Source of the DNA: Faecousia sp.
Lineage (GTDB): Bacteria; Bacillota; Clostridia; Oscillospirales; Oscillospiraceae
Assembly (NCBI GenBank): GCA_045541155.1
Contig: JAZQIN010000017.1
Coordinates: forward strand, 12,798 to 76,797
DNA length: 64,000 nucleotides
Direction: 5' to 3'
The translations under genes and the position numbers were made by a program. Numbering within the stretch: position 1 is the first letter of the stretch; every line of letters starts with the position of its first letter. Below are positions 19,333 through 30,600 of the stretch, in pieces. The notes beneath the pieces were generated by a model. It was not told the origin of the DNA and did not search any database. It saw only the letters and a program-made list of their open reading frames with translations.

Positions 19333-20553
19333 ATGTTGATCCATTGGCTATGGCTGACGACAAGACCCGGCTTGAGTGACCGGAGAAAAATGGCGGTGGT
19401 GCGTTGCTTCGGTGACGCAGAGGATGCCTTCTATGCGGAAAACTATGAGGCTGTGGATGGATTGACCGCTGATGAGCTGGAAAGCCTGCAGGATAAATCT
19501 CTGCGAGAGGCTGACAAAATTCTGGCGCAATGTACGGATAAGGATATCCATCTTCTGACCTATGGAGATTCGGGATATCCCTCCCGGTTGAAGAATATTT
19601 TTGATCCGCCGCTGGTACTTTACTATAAAGGACAGCTGCCGGATTTTGAAAGCGTACCGGTGATTGGCGTTGTAGGAACCCGGGATGCCAGCCCTTATGG
19701 CTGCACAGCGGCTCGACGGATGGGGTATCAAATCTCAAAATGCGGCGGTCTGCTGGTTTCCGGCTGCGCTAAGGGTATCGATGCCATGGCGATGGGCGGT
19801 GCGCTGCAAGCGGAGGGAACGCCGGTGGGCGTTTTGGGCTGCGGCGTGGACGTGGTGTACCCTTCCTGCAATCGCTGGCTATTTGCGGAGCTGGAGCGGC
19901 GTGGCTGCCTGATTTCTGAATTTCCGCCGGAGACACCGCCGACGAAATGGAATTTTCCAAAGCGGAACAGAATCATCAGTGGCCTGAGCTGCGGTGTGCT
20001 GGTGGTGGAAGCGCCTATGCGCAGCGGTGCGCTGATTACGGCCCGTCAGGCGTCGGAGCAGGGCAGGGATGTATTCGTGGTCCCGGGGAATATCGATGTG
20101 CCTGGCTGTGCCGGAAGCAACAGCTTGCTTCGGGATGGGGCCATGGCGGCGCTCACCGGCTGGGATATTCTTGGGGAATATCAGGCGCTGTACCCTGAAA
20201 CAGTGGGTCGTGTAGAGGATAATCCTGTGGAGACTGCACCGGAATCGCCCCCCTCAATGGTGGCCCAGATGCCGGTTGTTCCGGTAAAGGAACGGCGGCT
20301 GAAAAAGAAAAAATCCAAAAAAATCATTGACAAGATCAAACAAGGGTCTTATAGTGACGTGGAAAAGGCGCTGCCACCTCTGAGTGCGGAGGAGCAGGCA
20401 GTGGTAGACCAATTGAAACAGGGTCAGCGGCTGACTGATGAGGTCATTGCCGGGTGCGACCTTCCGTCAGGGAAGGTGCTGTCGGTACTGACGATGCTGC
20501 AGGTTAAGGGCGTGATTCAGCGTCTGCCCGGAAACCGGCTGGCCCTGAAGTGA
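19333..20553 (+). CDS. dprA: DNA-protecting protein DprA
   Basis: VVGTR, SGCAKGID, FPKRNRIISGL, SGALITA; upstream of topA. Confidence 0.93.
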   Translation: MLIHWLWLTTRPGLSDRRKMAVVRCFGDAEDAFYAENYEAVDGLTADELESLQDKSLREADKILAQCTDKDIHLLTYGDSGYPSRLKNIFDPPLVLYYKGQLPDFESVPVIGVVGTRDASPYGCTAARRMGYQISKCGGLLVSGCAKGIDAMAMGGALQAEGTPVGVLGCGVDVVYPSCNRWLFAELERRGCLISEFPPETPPTKWNFPKRNRIISGLSCGVLVVEAPMRSGALITARQASEQGRDVFVVPGNIDVPGCAGSNSLLRDGAMAALTGWDILGEYQALYPETVGRVEDNPVETAPESPPSMVAQMPVVPVKERRLKKKKSKKIIDKIKQGSYSDVEKALPPLSAEEQAVVDQLKQGQRLTDEVIAGCDLPSGKVLSVLTMLQVKGVIQRLPGNRLALK

Positions 20554-20563
20554 GGAGTATTGC

Positions 20564-22744
20564 ATGGCAAAAGCATCGAATCTGGTGATTGTGGAGTCAC
20601 CGTCCAAGGCGAAAACCATTGGTAAATATCTGGGGCCAGAGTATGTAGTCAAGGCCAGCATGGGCCATTTGCGTGATTTGCCCAAGAGCACCATGGGCGT
20701 TGACTTTGAGAGTTTTGAACCCCATTACATCCCGGTTAAGGGAAAAGAGGATCTGATTCGGGAACTGAAGGACGCAGCCGCCAAGGCAGATACCGTCTAT
20801 CTGGCAACGGACCCGGACCGTGAAGGTGAAGCCATTTCGTGGCATCTGAAGGAACTGTTGGGCCTATCCGATGAAAAGGCCCATCGGGTCACGTTTAATG
20901 AAATTACCCAGAAGGTGGTGGCGGAGTCTATTCGCAACCCCAGAGATATCGATGCGGATTTAGTTGATGCGCAGCAGGCCCGACGGATTCTTGACCGTAT
21001 TGTAGGCTACCAGCTTTCTCCGCTGCTGTGGAAGAAGGTTCGTCGTGGCCTGTCGGCCGGACGGGTCCAGAGTGTGGCAACCCGGCTGGTGGTGGACCGG
21101 GAAAATGAGATTCGCGCCTTCCAGCCCAGAGAATACTGGTCGCTGGATGTGACCGTTGATCGGCTCAGTAAGCCCGGCTCCTTTGTGGCTCATTACCATG
21201 GCGAGGATAAAAAACGGGAGCTGGAGAACGAGGTCCAGGTCGATGAAATCATTCGTGACATCGATGGTCAGCTGTTCACTGTCACGAATGTGAAGAAAAG
21301 TGAGAAAAAGCGTTCTGCGGCACCTCCTTTCACCACGTCCACACTGCAGCAGGAGGCTTCCCGGAAGCTGAATATGACCCCCAAGCGGACTATGGCCATC
21401 GCCCAGCAGTTGTATGAAGGTGTAGATGTGTCAGGAGAGGGTACCCTCGGTCTGATTACCTATATGCGTACCGATTCCCTGCGGCTGTCCAACGAGGCCA
21501 TGGATGCGGCAGCGGATTTCATCCGGCACCGCTATGGCGACGATTATTATTATGGTAAGCACCATGTTTTCAAAACCAAGGGTAGCGCACAGGATGCCCA
21601 TGAGGCGATTCGGCCCACCCATGTGGAGTTGGATCCGGAGCGGATTCGGGGATCTCTGACCGGGGATCAGTATCGGCTGTACAAGCTGATTTGGAGCCGA
21701 TTCCTGGCTTCTCAGATGGCCAATGCCCTGTACGATACCGTATCTATCGATACGGCGTGCGCAGGACATATCTTCCGCAGCAGCCATCAGAGTATGCGCT
21801 TTGCTGGTTTCATTGCCGTCTATGAAGAAGGTAGGGACGAGGAAGGCGAGGCGATGGGGTCTCCGCTGCCGGATTTGCAGGCGGGGGAGCAGGCAAAGTG
21901 CGTCAAAATCGACAAGGAACAGCATTTCACCCAGCCCCCGGCTCGCTATACCGAAGCTACGCTGGTCAAGGCCATGGAGGAAAAGGGGGTGGGCAGACCC
22001 TCCACTTACGCCTCCATCGTTTCCACCATTCAGGATCGGGAGTATGTCAATAAGGTCGATAAGCGTCTTGCTCCCACGCCTCTGGGCGAGGTGGTCACGG
22101 GGCTGATGCTGGAGCGCTTCAACGACATCATTGATGTGGAGTTTACCGCCAACATGGAAAGCCGTCTGGATGAGGTGGAGGAAGGCAAGCGGAAGTGGAA
22201 AGAGCTGCTGGCGGACTTCTACGGTGGATTCCATCAGGAACTGCTGGATGCGGAGGCGGCACTGGAGGGCGTGCGTCTGAAGGTGCCCGAGGAGGAAACA
22301 GACGAAATCTGCGAGCTTTGTGGCAAGAATATGGTCATCAAAATGGGTAGATTCGGCAAATTCCTTGCTTGTCCCGGTTGGCCGGAGTGCAGCAACACCA
22401 AGCCTATCGTGGAGCGAATGCCCGGTCGGTGCCCCAAATGCGGCAGCACTATCCTGAAACGGAAATCAAAGAAAGGTTATGCCTACTACGCCTGTGAGCG
22501 TGGTGCGGAGTGCGGTTTCATGACATGGGATGTGCCCACGGCGGAGGATTGCCCCTCCTGCGGCATGACCATGTTTAAGAAATCCGGTCGTGGACGCATG
22601 AAGCCCTTCTGTATCAACGAGACCTGTGAAAAGTTCCTTCCTGAGGACAAGCGGGGCTACTATAAAAAGAAGACCGCTGAGGAAGGTGCAGAGGAAAAAC
22701 CCAAGAAGAAAACCACTACCCGAAAGAAAAAGGGAGCAAAGTAA
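20564..22744 (+). CDS. topA: DNA topoisomerase I
   Basis: IVESPSKAK, DPDREGE, SAGRVQS, ITYMRTDS, Zn ribbons. Confidence 0.97.
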   Translation: MAKASNLVIVESPSKAKTIGKYLGPEYVVKASMGHLRDLPKSTMGVDFESFEPHYIPVKGKEDLIRELKDAAAKADTVYLATDPDREGEAISWHLKELLGLSDEKAHRVTFNEITQKVVAESIRNPRDIDADLVDAQQARRILDRIVGYQLSPLLWKKVRRGLSAGRVQSVATRLVVDRENEIRAFQPREYWSLDVTVDRLSKPGSFVAHYHGEDKKRELENEVQVDEIIRDIDGQLFTVTNVKKSEKKRSAAPPFTTSTLQQEASRKLNMTPKRTMAIAQQLYEGVDVSGEGTLGLITYMRTDSLRLSNEAMDAAADFIRHRYGDDYYYGKHHVFKTKGSAQDAHEAIRPTHVELDPERIRGSLTGDQYRLYKLIWSRFLASQMANALYDTVSIDTACAGHIFRSSHQSMRFAGFIAVYEEGRDEEGEAMGSPLPDLQAGEQAKCVKIDKEQHFTQPPARYTEATLVKAMEEKGVGRPSTYASIVSTIQDREYVNKVDKRLAPTPLGEVVTGLMLERFNDIIDVEFTANMESRLDEVEEGKRKWKELLADFYGGFHQELLDAEAALEGVRLKVPEEETDEICELCGKNMVIKMGRFGKFLACPGWPECSNTKPIVERMPGRCPKCGSTILKRKSKKGYAYYACERGAECGFMTWDVPTAEDCPSCGMTMFKKSGRGRMKPFCINETCEKFLPEDKRGYYKKKTAEEGAEEKPKKKTTTRKKKGAK

Positions 22745-24051
22745 TGGATAAAGTAAAAGTGATTGGTGCCGGTCTTGCCGGTTCTGAGGCCGCATGGCAG
22801 TTGGCCCAGCGAGGTGTGCAGGTGGAGCTGATTGAAATGAAGCCCCACAAGATGACACCTGCCCATCACAGCGCGCATTTCGGTGAGCTGGTATGCTCCA
22901 ATTCTCTGCGAGGTGACCGACTGGAGAACGCTGTGGGCCTGTTGAAGGAGGAATTGCGCCGCCTGGATAGCCTGATTATCGCCTGTGCCGATGCCACTCG
23001 TGTGGAAGCCGGCGGCTGCCTGGCGGTGGATCGGGAGGCCTTTGCGGTGCTTATCACCGAGAAAATCAAGACCCATCCCAATATCACGGTCACGGCGCAG
23101 GAAGTTACCGAGGTGCCGGAAGGCCCGGTAATCATTGCCACCGGACCGCTGACCTCTGATGCGCTGTCCAAGGCCATTGGAGAATACTTCGGTGCGGACT
23201 ATCTGCACTTTTTCGATGCCGCCGCACCGCTGGTCACAGCGGAGTCCATCGATATGGATTTGGCATGGTGGCAGTCCCGGTATGACCGGGGTACGCCGGA
23301 CTATATCAATTGCGCCATGGATAAGCAACAGTATGAGGCCTTCATGAAGGAGCTGGTCAGCGCCGAGGAGGCACCTGTCCATGGCTTTGAGGATAAGAAT
23401 GTATTCGAGGGCTGTATGCCTGTGGAGGTCATGGCCCGCCGTGGCTTTGATACCCTCCGCTATGGTCCTTTGAAGCCGGTTGGGCTGAAGGATCCCAAAA
23501 CCGGAAAGGAGCCTTATGCGGTGGTTCAGCTTCGGCAGGACAACGCCGCAAAGAGTGTGTATAATCTGGTGGGTTTCCAGACCCATTTGAAATTTGGTGA
23601 GCAGAAGCGTGTGTTCTCCATGATTCCGGCGCTTCATGATGCGGAGTTCGTTCGCTATGGCGTGATGCATCAGAACACCTTCCTCCAAAGCCCTAAGTTG
23701 CTGGACAAGTATTATGCTGACCGGCGAAATCCCTTGGTGGCCTTTGCCGGACAGATGACCGGCGTGGAGGGGTATGTGGAGTCTGCCGCCTCTGGATTCT
23801 TGGCGGCGGTCGCCATGGCGGCAAAGGTGCAAGGCAGGGTGCTGCCGGAGTTCCCCCGGACCACTGCCATCGGTGCGCTGGGACTGTACATTAGTGATGA
23901 GAGCATTGAGAACTTCCAGCCTATGAACATCAATTTCAGTATCATTTCTCCGCTGGAGCAACGAATCCGCAAGAAGGCCGAGAAAAACCTGGCAATTGCC
24001 AACCGTTCGCTGGCTGAAATTGAGGCTATGAAAGAAAGAGGTAACGTATGA
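22744..24051 (+). CDS. trmFO: FAD-dependent tRNA m5U54 methyltransferase
   Basis: GAGLAGSEAA, ELVCSNS, GQMTGVEGY. Confidence 0.96.
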   Translation: MDKVKVIGAGLAGSEAAWQLAQRGVQVELIEMKPHKMTPAHHSAHFGELVCSNSLRGDRLENAVGLLKEELRRLDSLIIACADATRVEAGGCLAVDREAFAVLITEKIKTHPNITVTAQEVTEVPEGPVIIATGPLTSDALSKAIGEYFGADYLHFFDAAAPLVTAESIDMDLAWWQSRYDRGTPDYINCAMDKQQYEAFMKELVSAEEAPVHGFEDKNVFEGCMPVEVMARRGFDTLRYGPLKPVGLKDPKTGKEPYAVVQLRQDNAAKSVYNLVGFQTHLKFGEQKRVFSMIPALHDAEFVRYGVMHQNTFLQSPKLLDKYYADRRNPLVAFAGQMTGVEGYVESAASGFLAAVAMAAKVQGRVLPEFPRTTAIGALGLYISDESIENFQPMNINFSIISPLEQRIRKKAEKNLAIANRSLAEIEAMKERGNV

Positions 24052-25079
24052 GAATCATTCTTGATGCCATGGGTGGTGATAACGCCCCACTGGCCCCTGT
24101 GATGGGTGCCGTCGACGCAGCGAAAGATTTTGGCGCAAATATTACCCTGATTGGTCGGGAGGAGCAAATCCGGTCTGCTTTGAAAGAAAATGGAATCGAG
24201 ACACTACCGAAGGGTATTACCATTGTCCATGCTGAGGAAGTGGTGGATATGCACGATGACCCTGCCAATGTGGTGCGCAAAAAGAAGGATTCCTCCATGA
24301 TTGCCGGTCTGCGGATGCTCTCCGAAGGGGAGGGCGATGCGTTCATCTCTGCCGGCTCCACCGGTGCGCTGCTTTCCGGTGCAACGCTTGTGGTTAAGCG
24401 TGTTCGTGGCATCCGCCGTGCGGCGATGGGTCCCTGTATGCCCAATAAATCCGGCGGCAAGACGGTGATTCTGGACTGTGGCGCCAATGCCGAGTGTACC
24501 CCGGAATTTTTGCTTCAGTTCGGTATCGTGGGTTCTTTGTTTGCGAAGAAGAGTTTGGGTGTGCCCAATCCGAAAGTGGGCCTGCTGAACATCGGCACCG
24601 AGGACACCAAGGGAACGCCCTTGCAGAAGGAAGCTTATGCGCTTCTGACCGGCGCCCATGAAAAGGGCCTTATCAACTTCGTTGGCAATGTAGAGGCTAG
24701 AGATGTGCCGCTGGGTGCGGTGGATGTGGTGGTTTGTGACGGCTTCGCCGGTAACGTGCTTCTGAAATCCATTGAGGGTACCGCTATGTTCATGGGTAGT
24801 TTGGTGTCCCAAATGTTCAAAAAGAGCATTATCAGCAAGCTGTCTGCCGCACTGGTCATGAAGGATATCAAGGCGTTTAAGAAGCTGCTGGACTACCGTG
24901 AGATTGGTGGCACCCAGTTCCTTGGCATCAAAAAGCCGGTAATCAAGGCCCATGGTTCCTCCGATCGACTTGCCTTCCGCAATGCGGTGCGGCAGGCCAT
25001 GGAGGCGGCACAGAACGATATCACCACTGATTTGGAGCAGTATCTGGCCTCCATCAAGGAGAAAAACGATGCTGAGTGA
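24048..25079 (+). CDS. plsX: Phosphate acyltransferase PlsX
   Basis: DAMGGDNAP, LDCGAN, DGFAGN, KAHGSS. Confidence 0.96.
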   Translation: MRIILDAMGGDNAPLAPVMGAVDAAKDFGANITLIGREEQIRSALKENGIETLPKGITIVHAEEVVDMHDDPANVVRKKKDSSMIAGLRMLSEGEGDAFISAGSTGALLSGATLVVKRVRGIRRAAMGPCMPNKSGGKTVILDCGANAECTPEFLLQFGIVGSLFAKKSLGVPNPKVGLLNIGTEDTKGTPLQKEAYALLTGAHEKGLINFVGNVEARDVPLGAVDVVVCDGFAGNVLLKSIEGTAMFMGSLVSQMFKKSIISKLSAALVMKDIKAFKKLLDYREIGGTQFLGIKKPVIKAHGSSDRLAFRNAVRQAMEAAQNDITTDLEQYLASIKEKNDAE

Positions 25080-25752
25080 TTTGGAAAAAGCCATTGGCTA
25101 CCGATTTAAGAACATTTCGCTGCTGCAAAATGCCCTTGCGCACTCTTCTTACGCCAACGAACGCTGGCACAACAGCCTGCTGAGCAACGAACGGTTGGAG
25201 TTTCTGGGAGATTCCATTTTAGGTATGACCGTGGCGGATTATCTGTACCGGAACTTCCCTGACCGTCCGGAAGGAGAGCTGACCCGGATGCGTGCGGACA
25301 TGGTCTGTGAGAACACGCTTGCGGCGGTGGCCGACCGAATCGGGCTGGGTCAGCATTTGCTGCTGGGCCACGGCGAGGAGCAGGGCGGCGGACGTGGTCG
25401 TGCATCGATTCTTGCGGATGCGGTGGAATCGGTGATTGCGGCATGCTATCTGGACGGGGGCTTCGAGCCTGCCGCCGGTTTTGTTAAAACGTTTATTTTG
25501 TGCAACGTTCCATTGAAGCAGCTCCATAATGTGGATTACAAAACTGCCTTGCAGGAACTGGTGCAGCGAAAAAAGGATCAGGTTTTGGCCTATGCGCTAG
25601 TTGGACAGTCCGGCCCGGATCATGACAAACAGTTTACCGTGGAAGTTTCCCTGAACGGCAAACCTGTGGGTCAGGGGACCGGTCGCAGTAAGAAAAAAGC
25701 AGAGCAGGATGCTGCCCGTGTGGCGATGGAGCGTCTGTTTCCTGAAGGATAA
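25069..25752 (+). CDS. rnc: Ribonuclease III
   Basis: NERLEFLGDS, dsRBD; ATG 25069 overlaps plsX end. Confidence 0.96.
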   Translation: MLSDLEKAIGYRFKNISLLQNALAHSSYANERWHNSLLSNERLEFLGDSILGMTVADYLYRNFPDRPEGELTRMRADMVCENTLAAVADRIGLGQHLLLGHGEEQGGGRGRASILADAVESVIAACYLDGGFEPAAGFVKTFILCNVPLKQLHNVDYKTALQELVQRKKDQVLAYALVGQSGPDHDKQFTVEVSLNGKPVGQGTGRSKKKAEQDAARVAMERLFPEG

Positions 25753-25755
25753 ATA

Positions 25756-25782
25756 AAGTCGCCGCATTTGCGGCGACTTTTT
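25756..25782 (+). terminator. Terminator after rnc
   Basis: AAAGTCGCCGCA-TGCGGCGACTTTTT. Confidence 0.8.
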
Positions 25783-25849
25783 CTTTGGGATATCAGCTTG
25801 ACAGTGGGGGCGTGGGGTGATACTATCAGAAAAAAAGGGGGGGAAGTGT

Positions 25850-27517
25850 ATGCTGGATGTTGATACCATTGATAGGGAACACTTAAGCCAATTGTGCGGA
25901 ATGTATGCCCATGGTGGCTTGCTGTTTGGGACGGACTTGATAAGAAAACAGAAAAAATTCCGAAAATGGGTACAAAAGCATTATGCTTATGAGATTCAAA
26001 CCTTTCCTCGTGAGGTACAGGCATGTTTTGCCCCTGAGGTTAGTGATGCGGAAGTGGTTTCATTTTTTGCGGCCTGTGAGGAACGAAGGGCATATGAATG
26101 TCAACACCGGCTGGATCCTCTGCTGCCCCTAGGCGAGGCGGTCGTAGCTGCTGTGGAGACCATTTTGGAGGAGGACTATTGGCCTAAGGCGATTGAAAAG
26201 AATGGTCGTTGTGCTCTGCTGGTGGAGGATGGGGAGGCATATCGCCGGATTTTGGTTTTACAGAATGCTGAAGGCTTTTCTCAATTGCCAGATGGAGGTT
26301 ATCTGTTAGATGCGCCAAAAATCGAGTATATGCTGGATAAATACCGAATCTCTGGGGAGTTGGACGGCGTATCGGAACCATTGTCTGCGTGCTTTTCCGG
26401 AGCACAGGTGGAGGTGGAATGCTTCAATTGTGTAGAGACGATGATTCATTGGAACAACCCTTGGGAGTATGTGGGGATGATAGCGCGCCAGCTCATCTTC
26501 AAAGCGGAGCTGCCGGGAAATCACTGCAATGAATTAGAACACACACTTTTGCCCCTTCTAAGGGAAGTGAGCTATCTGACCGGCGTGTGGGATGAAGAAC
26601 CCCGGTTACCGTTGCTGAAACAAATGGCGCAGCGTTTGAACTTTTCCAGATTGGAAAAACAACTGACGAAGGCGGAATCAGCGCGGAAGAATAAATTGCG
26701 CCCTGTCATGAGACGGCTTAATATCATGCTGCGGCAAAGGGAATATGAGACCATCTGGCGTGAGATTTTTGAGAAGATTAGGCAATCCCAGATGGAATAT
26801 CCTCGAAAGACGGATGTCCAGTGTGATTTCAAGACCCTTCAAAATGTAAGGGGAAGGGTTCAATGCTTCATGGAGCAGCAGGGCTATACCGGCACTTATC
26901 CGGACTTTGAGAAACAAATCGATTTTCACGGTGTGCGTTTGGCGGAATCCTATGGTCAGAGTTATTTTGTTTGCCGAGAAAAGAATGCGGTGTCTATAGT
27001 CCACTGCATGGAAACCTTTGAGTTGGGCGGTCCGGCTATCCACTTTCTTGTGGGTACGGCATTGTTGCGAGAGGGGGAAGAACAGTGCGATGTTTATTCC
27101 TGCCTGTTCGATGCAAAGGGACGGCGGATGTTCCGTATGGTTCGAGATTTGGATTTGGTCTATGAGCTGGGGGAGGAGAGGGAGCCGGATCGATTGGAAC
27201 GGCTGGCAACCATTGCGATAAAAAAGTCGCAGCTTCAAAAGCTGACGAAAGAGGAAAAAAAGATTCCTCATGTAGGCTTCGAGCCATCCAATTGGACGAT
27301 TTTTTGGTTGGTGTTCCTTTTCGCTGGCGGATTTTTTGGAGTCGTCATGACACTGGCGATGATGCTGCTTACTGTGGTGGCATTGCTGTTGTTCGGTCAA
27401 TTCTCCCAAATTCTTTCATTTATGACCACAGCTCCGTGGTTGCGTTGTCTGGCGTTCTGCTGGGTGTCTTTCGGTGCAAGTATGGGCATCGTGACGGTTT
27501 TGGGTAAAAGGAAATAA
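25850..27517 (+). CDS. Hypothetical protein with C-terminal transmembrane helices
   Basis: About 555-aa ORF with own promoter-like site and terminator; hydrophobic C-terminus; family not recognised with confidence. Confidence 0.7.
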   Translation: MLDVDTIDREHLSQLCGMYAHGGLLFGTDLIRKQKKFRKWVQKHYAYEIQTFPREVQACFAPEVSDAEVVSFFAACEERRAYECQHRLDPLLPLGEAVVAAVETILEEDYWPKAIEKNGRCALLVEDGEAYRRILVLQNAEGFSQLPDGGYLLDAPKIEYMLDKYRISGELDGVSEPLSACFSGAQVEVECFNCVETMIHWNNPWEYVGMIARQLIFKAELPGNHCNELEHTLLPLLREVSYLTGVWDEEPRLPLLKQMAQRLNFSRLEKQLTKAESARKNKLRPVMRRLNIMLRQREYETIWREIFEKIRQSQMEYPRKTDVQCDFKTLQNVRGRVQCFMEQQGYTGTYPDFEKQIDFHGVRLAESYGQSYFVCREKNAVSIVHCMETFELGGPAIHFLVGTALLREGEEQCDVYSCLFDAKGRRMFRMVRDLDLVYELGEEREPDRLERLATIAIKKSQLQKLTKEEKKIPHVGFEPSNWTIFWLVFLFAGGFFGVVMTLAMMLLTVVALLLFGQFSQILSFMTTAPWLRCLAFCWVSFGASMGIVTVLGKRK

Positions 27518-27520
27518 TCT

Positions 27521-27553
27521 ACACTGCCATCACCTAAGTGGTGGCAGTGTTTT
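27521..27553 (+). terminator. Terminator before smc
   Basis: ACACTGCCATCAC-4-GTGGTGGCAGTGTTTT. Confidence 0.75.
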
Positions 27554-27644
27554 GTATCCATTGGGAAAGAAAGCCTTGCAATTTTCGGGTTTTCGAAGTA
27601 TAATAAATTGATTTATTTTACATATTTCTAACGAGGTTTACACT

Positions 27645-30600
27645 GTGTATCTAAAATCTTTGGAAGTACAGGGCTTTAAGTCCTTTCCGGATAAGACGTT
27701 GATTCGATTTGGCGATGATATCACCGCCATCGTCGGTCCCAACGGCTCCGGTAAATCGAATATCTCTGACGCAATCCTTTGGGTCATGGGTGAGCAGAGT
27801 AGCAAGACTCTTCGGGGCGCCAAGATGGAGGACGTTATCTTTGGCGGCACCCAGAAGCGTCCGTCGGTTGGCTTTGCCGAGGCAACCCTGACACTGGACA
27901 ACACTGACCGGGCGCTGCCCTACGATGCGGACGAGGTTATGGTCACCCGGCGGTATTACCGCTCCGGTGACAGCGAATACTATATCAATAAACAGTCTTC
28001 CCGACTCCGGGATATCAATGAGATGTTCATGGATACCGGTCTGGGGCGTGAGGGCTATTCCAACATTGGCCAGGGTCGTATCGACGAGATTCTCTCTCTG
28101 AAAAGTGCGGATCGTCGTGAAATTTTCGAGGAGGCGGCTGGTATCTCCAAGTACCGCCATCGGAAGGAAGAAACGGAGCGAAAGCTGGAACGCACCGAGG
28201 ACAACTTGATGCGCATCGGTGACAAGGTCTCCGAACTGGAGCTGCAGCTGGAGCCTTTGAAGATTCAGTCCGAGAAGGCGAAGAAATATCTGGAATTGAA
28301 GGATGAACTGCAAGGTGTGGAGGTAGCGGTCTGGCTGGATACGCTGGACAAGCTTTCTGCTGCCACCAAGAAGGCGGAGGAGGACTATGCCTCTGCGGAT
28401 TTCGTACTGCAGCAGGCGAAGGATGATTTGGACCGGCTGTACAATCAGGCTACGGAACTGGCGGATGTACTGCGCCGCAGAGACGGAGAGCTGGAGACGG
28501 TTCGTGTCAAGGTGAATATGCTGGAGTCTACCCACCAGCAGTTGGATGGTCAGATGGCAGTCCTTCGGGGCAATGTGGACAACAACAATGGCAATATCGC
28601 TCGAATCGAGGACGAACTGAAGGGTGACGAGGATCGCAGCGGCGGCATCGTGACCCAAATTCAGCAGGCCAGTAGCCGTATCGATGAAATCGATGAGGAG
28701 CTTTCTAAAAAGCGTCGTGTGTTGGATACGCTGCAGCAGGAGCTGACGGCTATGACCGCCAGTGCGCAAGGCCTGACGAAGCAGTTTTTGGAGCTGCGTG
28801 GCAGAGAAACCAGTCTGGCTGCGGATATCGCCGGACGAGAGGCAGATATCCGTGGTCTTGAGGATAGTATGGCACAAACCTCTGAGCGACTGAACCAGTT
28901 GAAAGAGGATTTGCGTTCCGGTGATGAGCGCCAACGGGAGGCAGAGGGCAACCTTGCCAGTTGCCGCAAGGAGTTGCGTCGTGCGCAGGACAACGTCACT
29001 GCCGCCAATAACACCATTTCCGGCTACACACTGCGGCAAAATACTCGCATCAAGCGTCGGGATGAGCTGGCGCAGACTCTTCGTGAACTGAATTCGAAGC
29101 TGGACTCTGTTACCGCAAAAGCCCGGGTGTTCCGTGCCATGGAGCGAGATTTGGAAGGATATCAAAAGTCTGTCCGGATGGTCATGCAGGAGGCACAGCG
29201 TGGAAAGCTGCCCAATGTTCATGGGCCGGTTTCTCGCCTGATTCGGACGCAGGACGGCTATACCGTCGCCATTGAGATTGCCCTCGGCGGTGCAATGCAG
29301 CAGATTGTGGTAGACAACGAATCCGATGGTAAAGCGGCCATTTCCTATCTGAAACGCACCGGCGGCGGTCGTGCTACTTTCCTGCCGATGTCCACGATTC
29401 AGGGACGCACCTTGCAGGAAAACGGGCTGGAAAGTTGCCGTGGATTCGTGGGAATTGCGTCAAATCTGGTCACCAGCGAGCCACGTTATCGTGGCATCGT
29501 GGAGAACCTTCTCGGACGCATTGTCATCGTATCGGACATTGATGCTGCCATCGCTATGGCAAATAAATACCGCAACCGGTTCAAAATTGTTACGCTGGAC
29601 GGTCAGGTTATGAATCCTGGCGGCTCCATGACCGGTGGCTCTGTCAATAAAGAGGCAGGTATCCTGTCCCGTGCCAATGATTTGGAAAAGCTGACGGCGC
29701 AGGAGAAGGAACTGCAAAATCAAAAGCTGGTCACAGATGCGGAGCTGAGCGAAGCTCAGCGGCAGGTGGATCAGGTGGAATATGAATTGAATACAGCCCG
29801 GGAGCAGCTTCGTGAAGCGGAGGATGCCTGCCTGCGGCTGCAAGGTCAGGAAAAGCAGCATGAAATTCTGCTGCAGGCCATTGTGGATGCCATCGGCTCT
29901 GCGCAAAGGGAGTGCGATTCCCTTGAGGAGCGCAGCCGTTCGGATCGAGAGCGTTACGCTGCTCAGCAAGCGAAAATTCAGGTCTATACGGAGCAACTGA
30001 CCCAGACCCGTGGACAGATTGCGACGCTGGAGGGCAGCCAGTCTGAAACCGCCAACGTGACAGCCCAAATCACCGAGCGGATGACCGCCTTGAAGACCGA
30101 GGAGGCGGCACTGGATGCGGAGCGGAATACCGCTGAAACCCATATCGCGGACTTGCAAAGCCTTCGTGGTGCTATGGAGGGTGACCGGGCTAAAAAGCTG
30201 GCGCTGATGGATGCCATTCGTGAGGACAACCAGCGACTGGCATCGGAAATCGTTCGGCTGCAGACGCATCAGCGTGAGAACGATGTGGAAGCTGCGCAGA
30301 TGCGTCGGAGCATGGAGAAGGTGATTGCTGACCGTGCAGAGGCGGAGGCCACCAAGACCCGTTCCGAGCGTGAGGCCCAAGAGAAAAACAAGGATATTCT
30401 GAATATGCAGCGGGCCTGCGCTCTACTGGAGCAGAAGAAAATTACGACGGCTATGGAAGAGCGGCAGATTATTGACAAGCTGTGGGATTCCTATGGCCTT
30501 ACCCCTGGCACTGCTGTGGAGCATCGGGGACAAATTGAGTCTGTCACTGCTGGAAACCGTCGTATTTCGGAACTGAAACGGAAGATTTCCGCTTTGGGTA

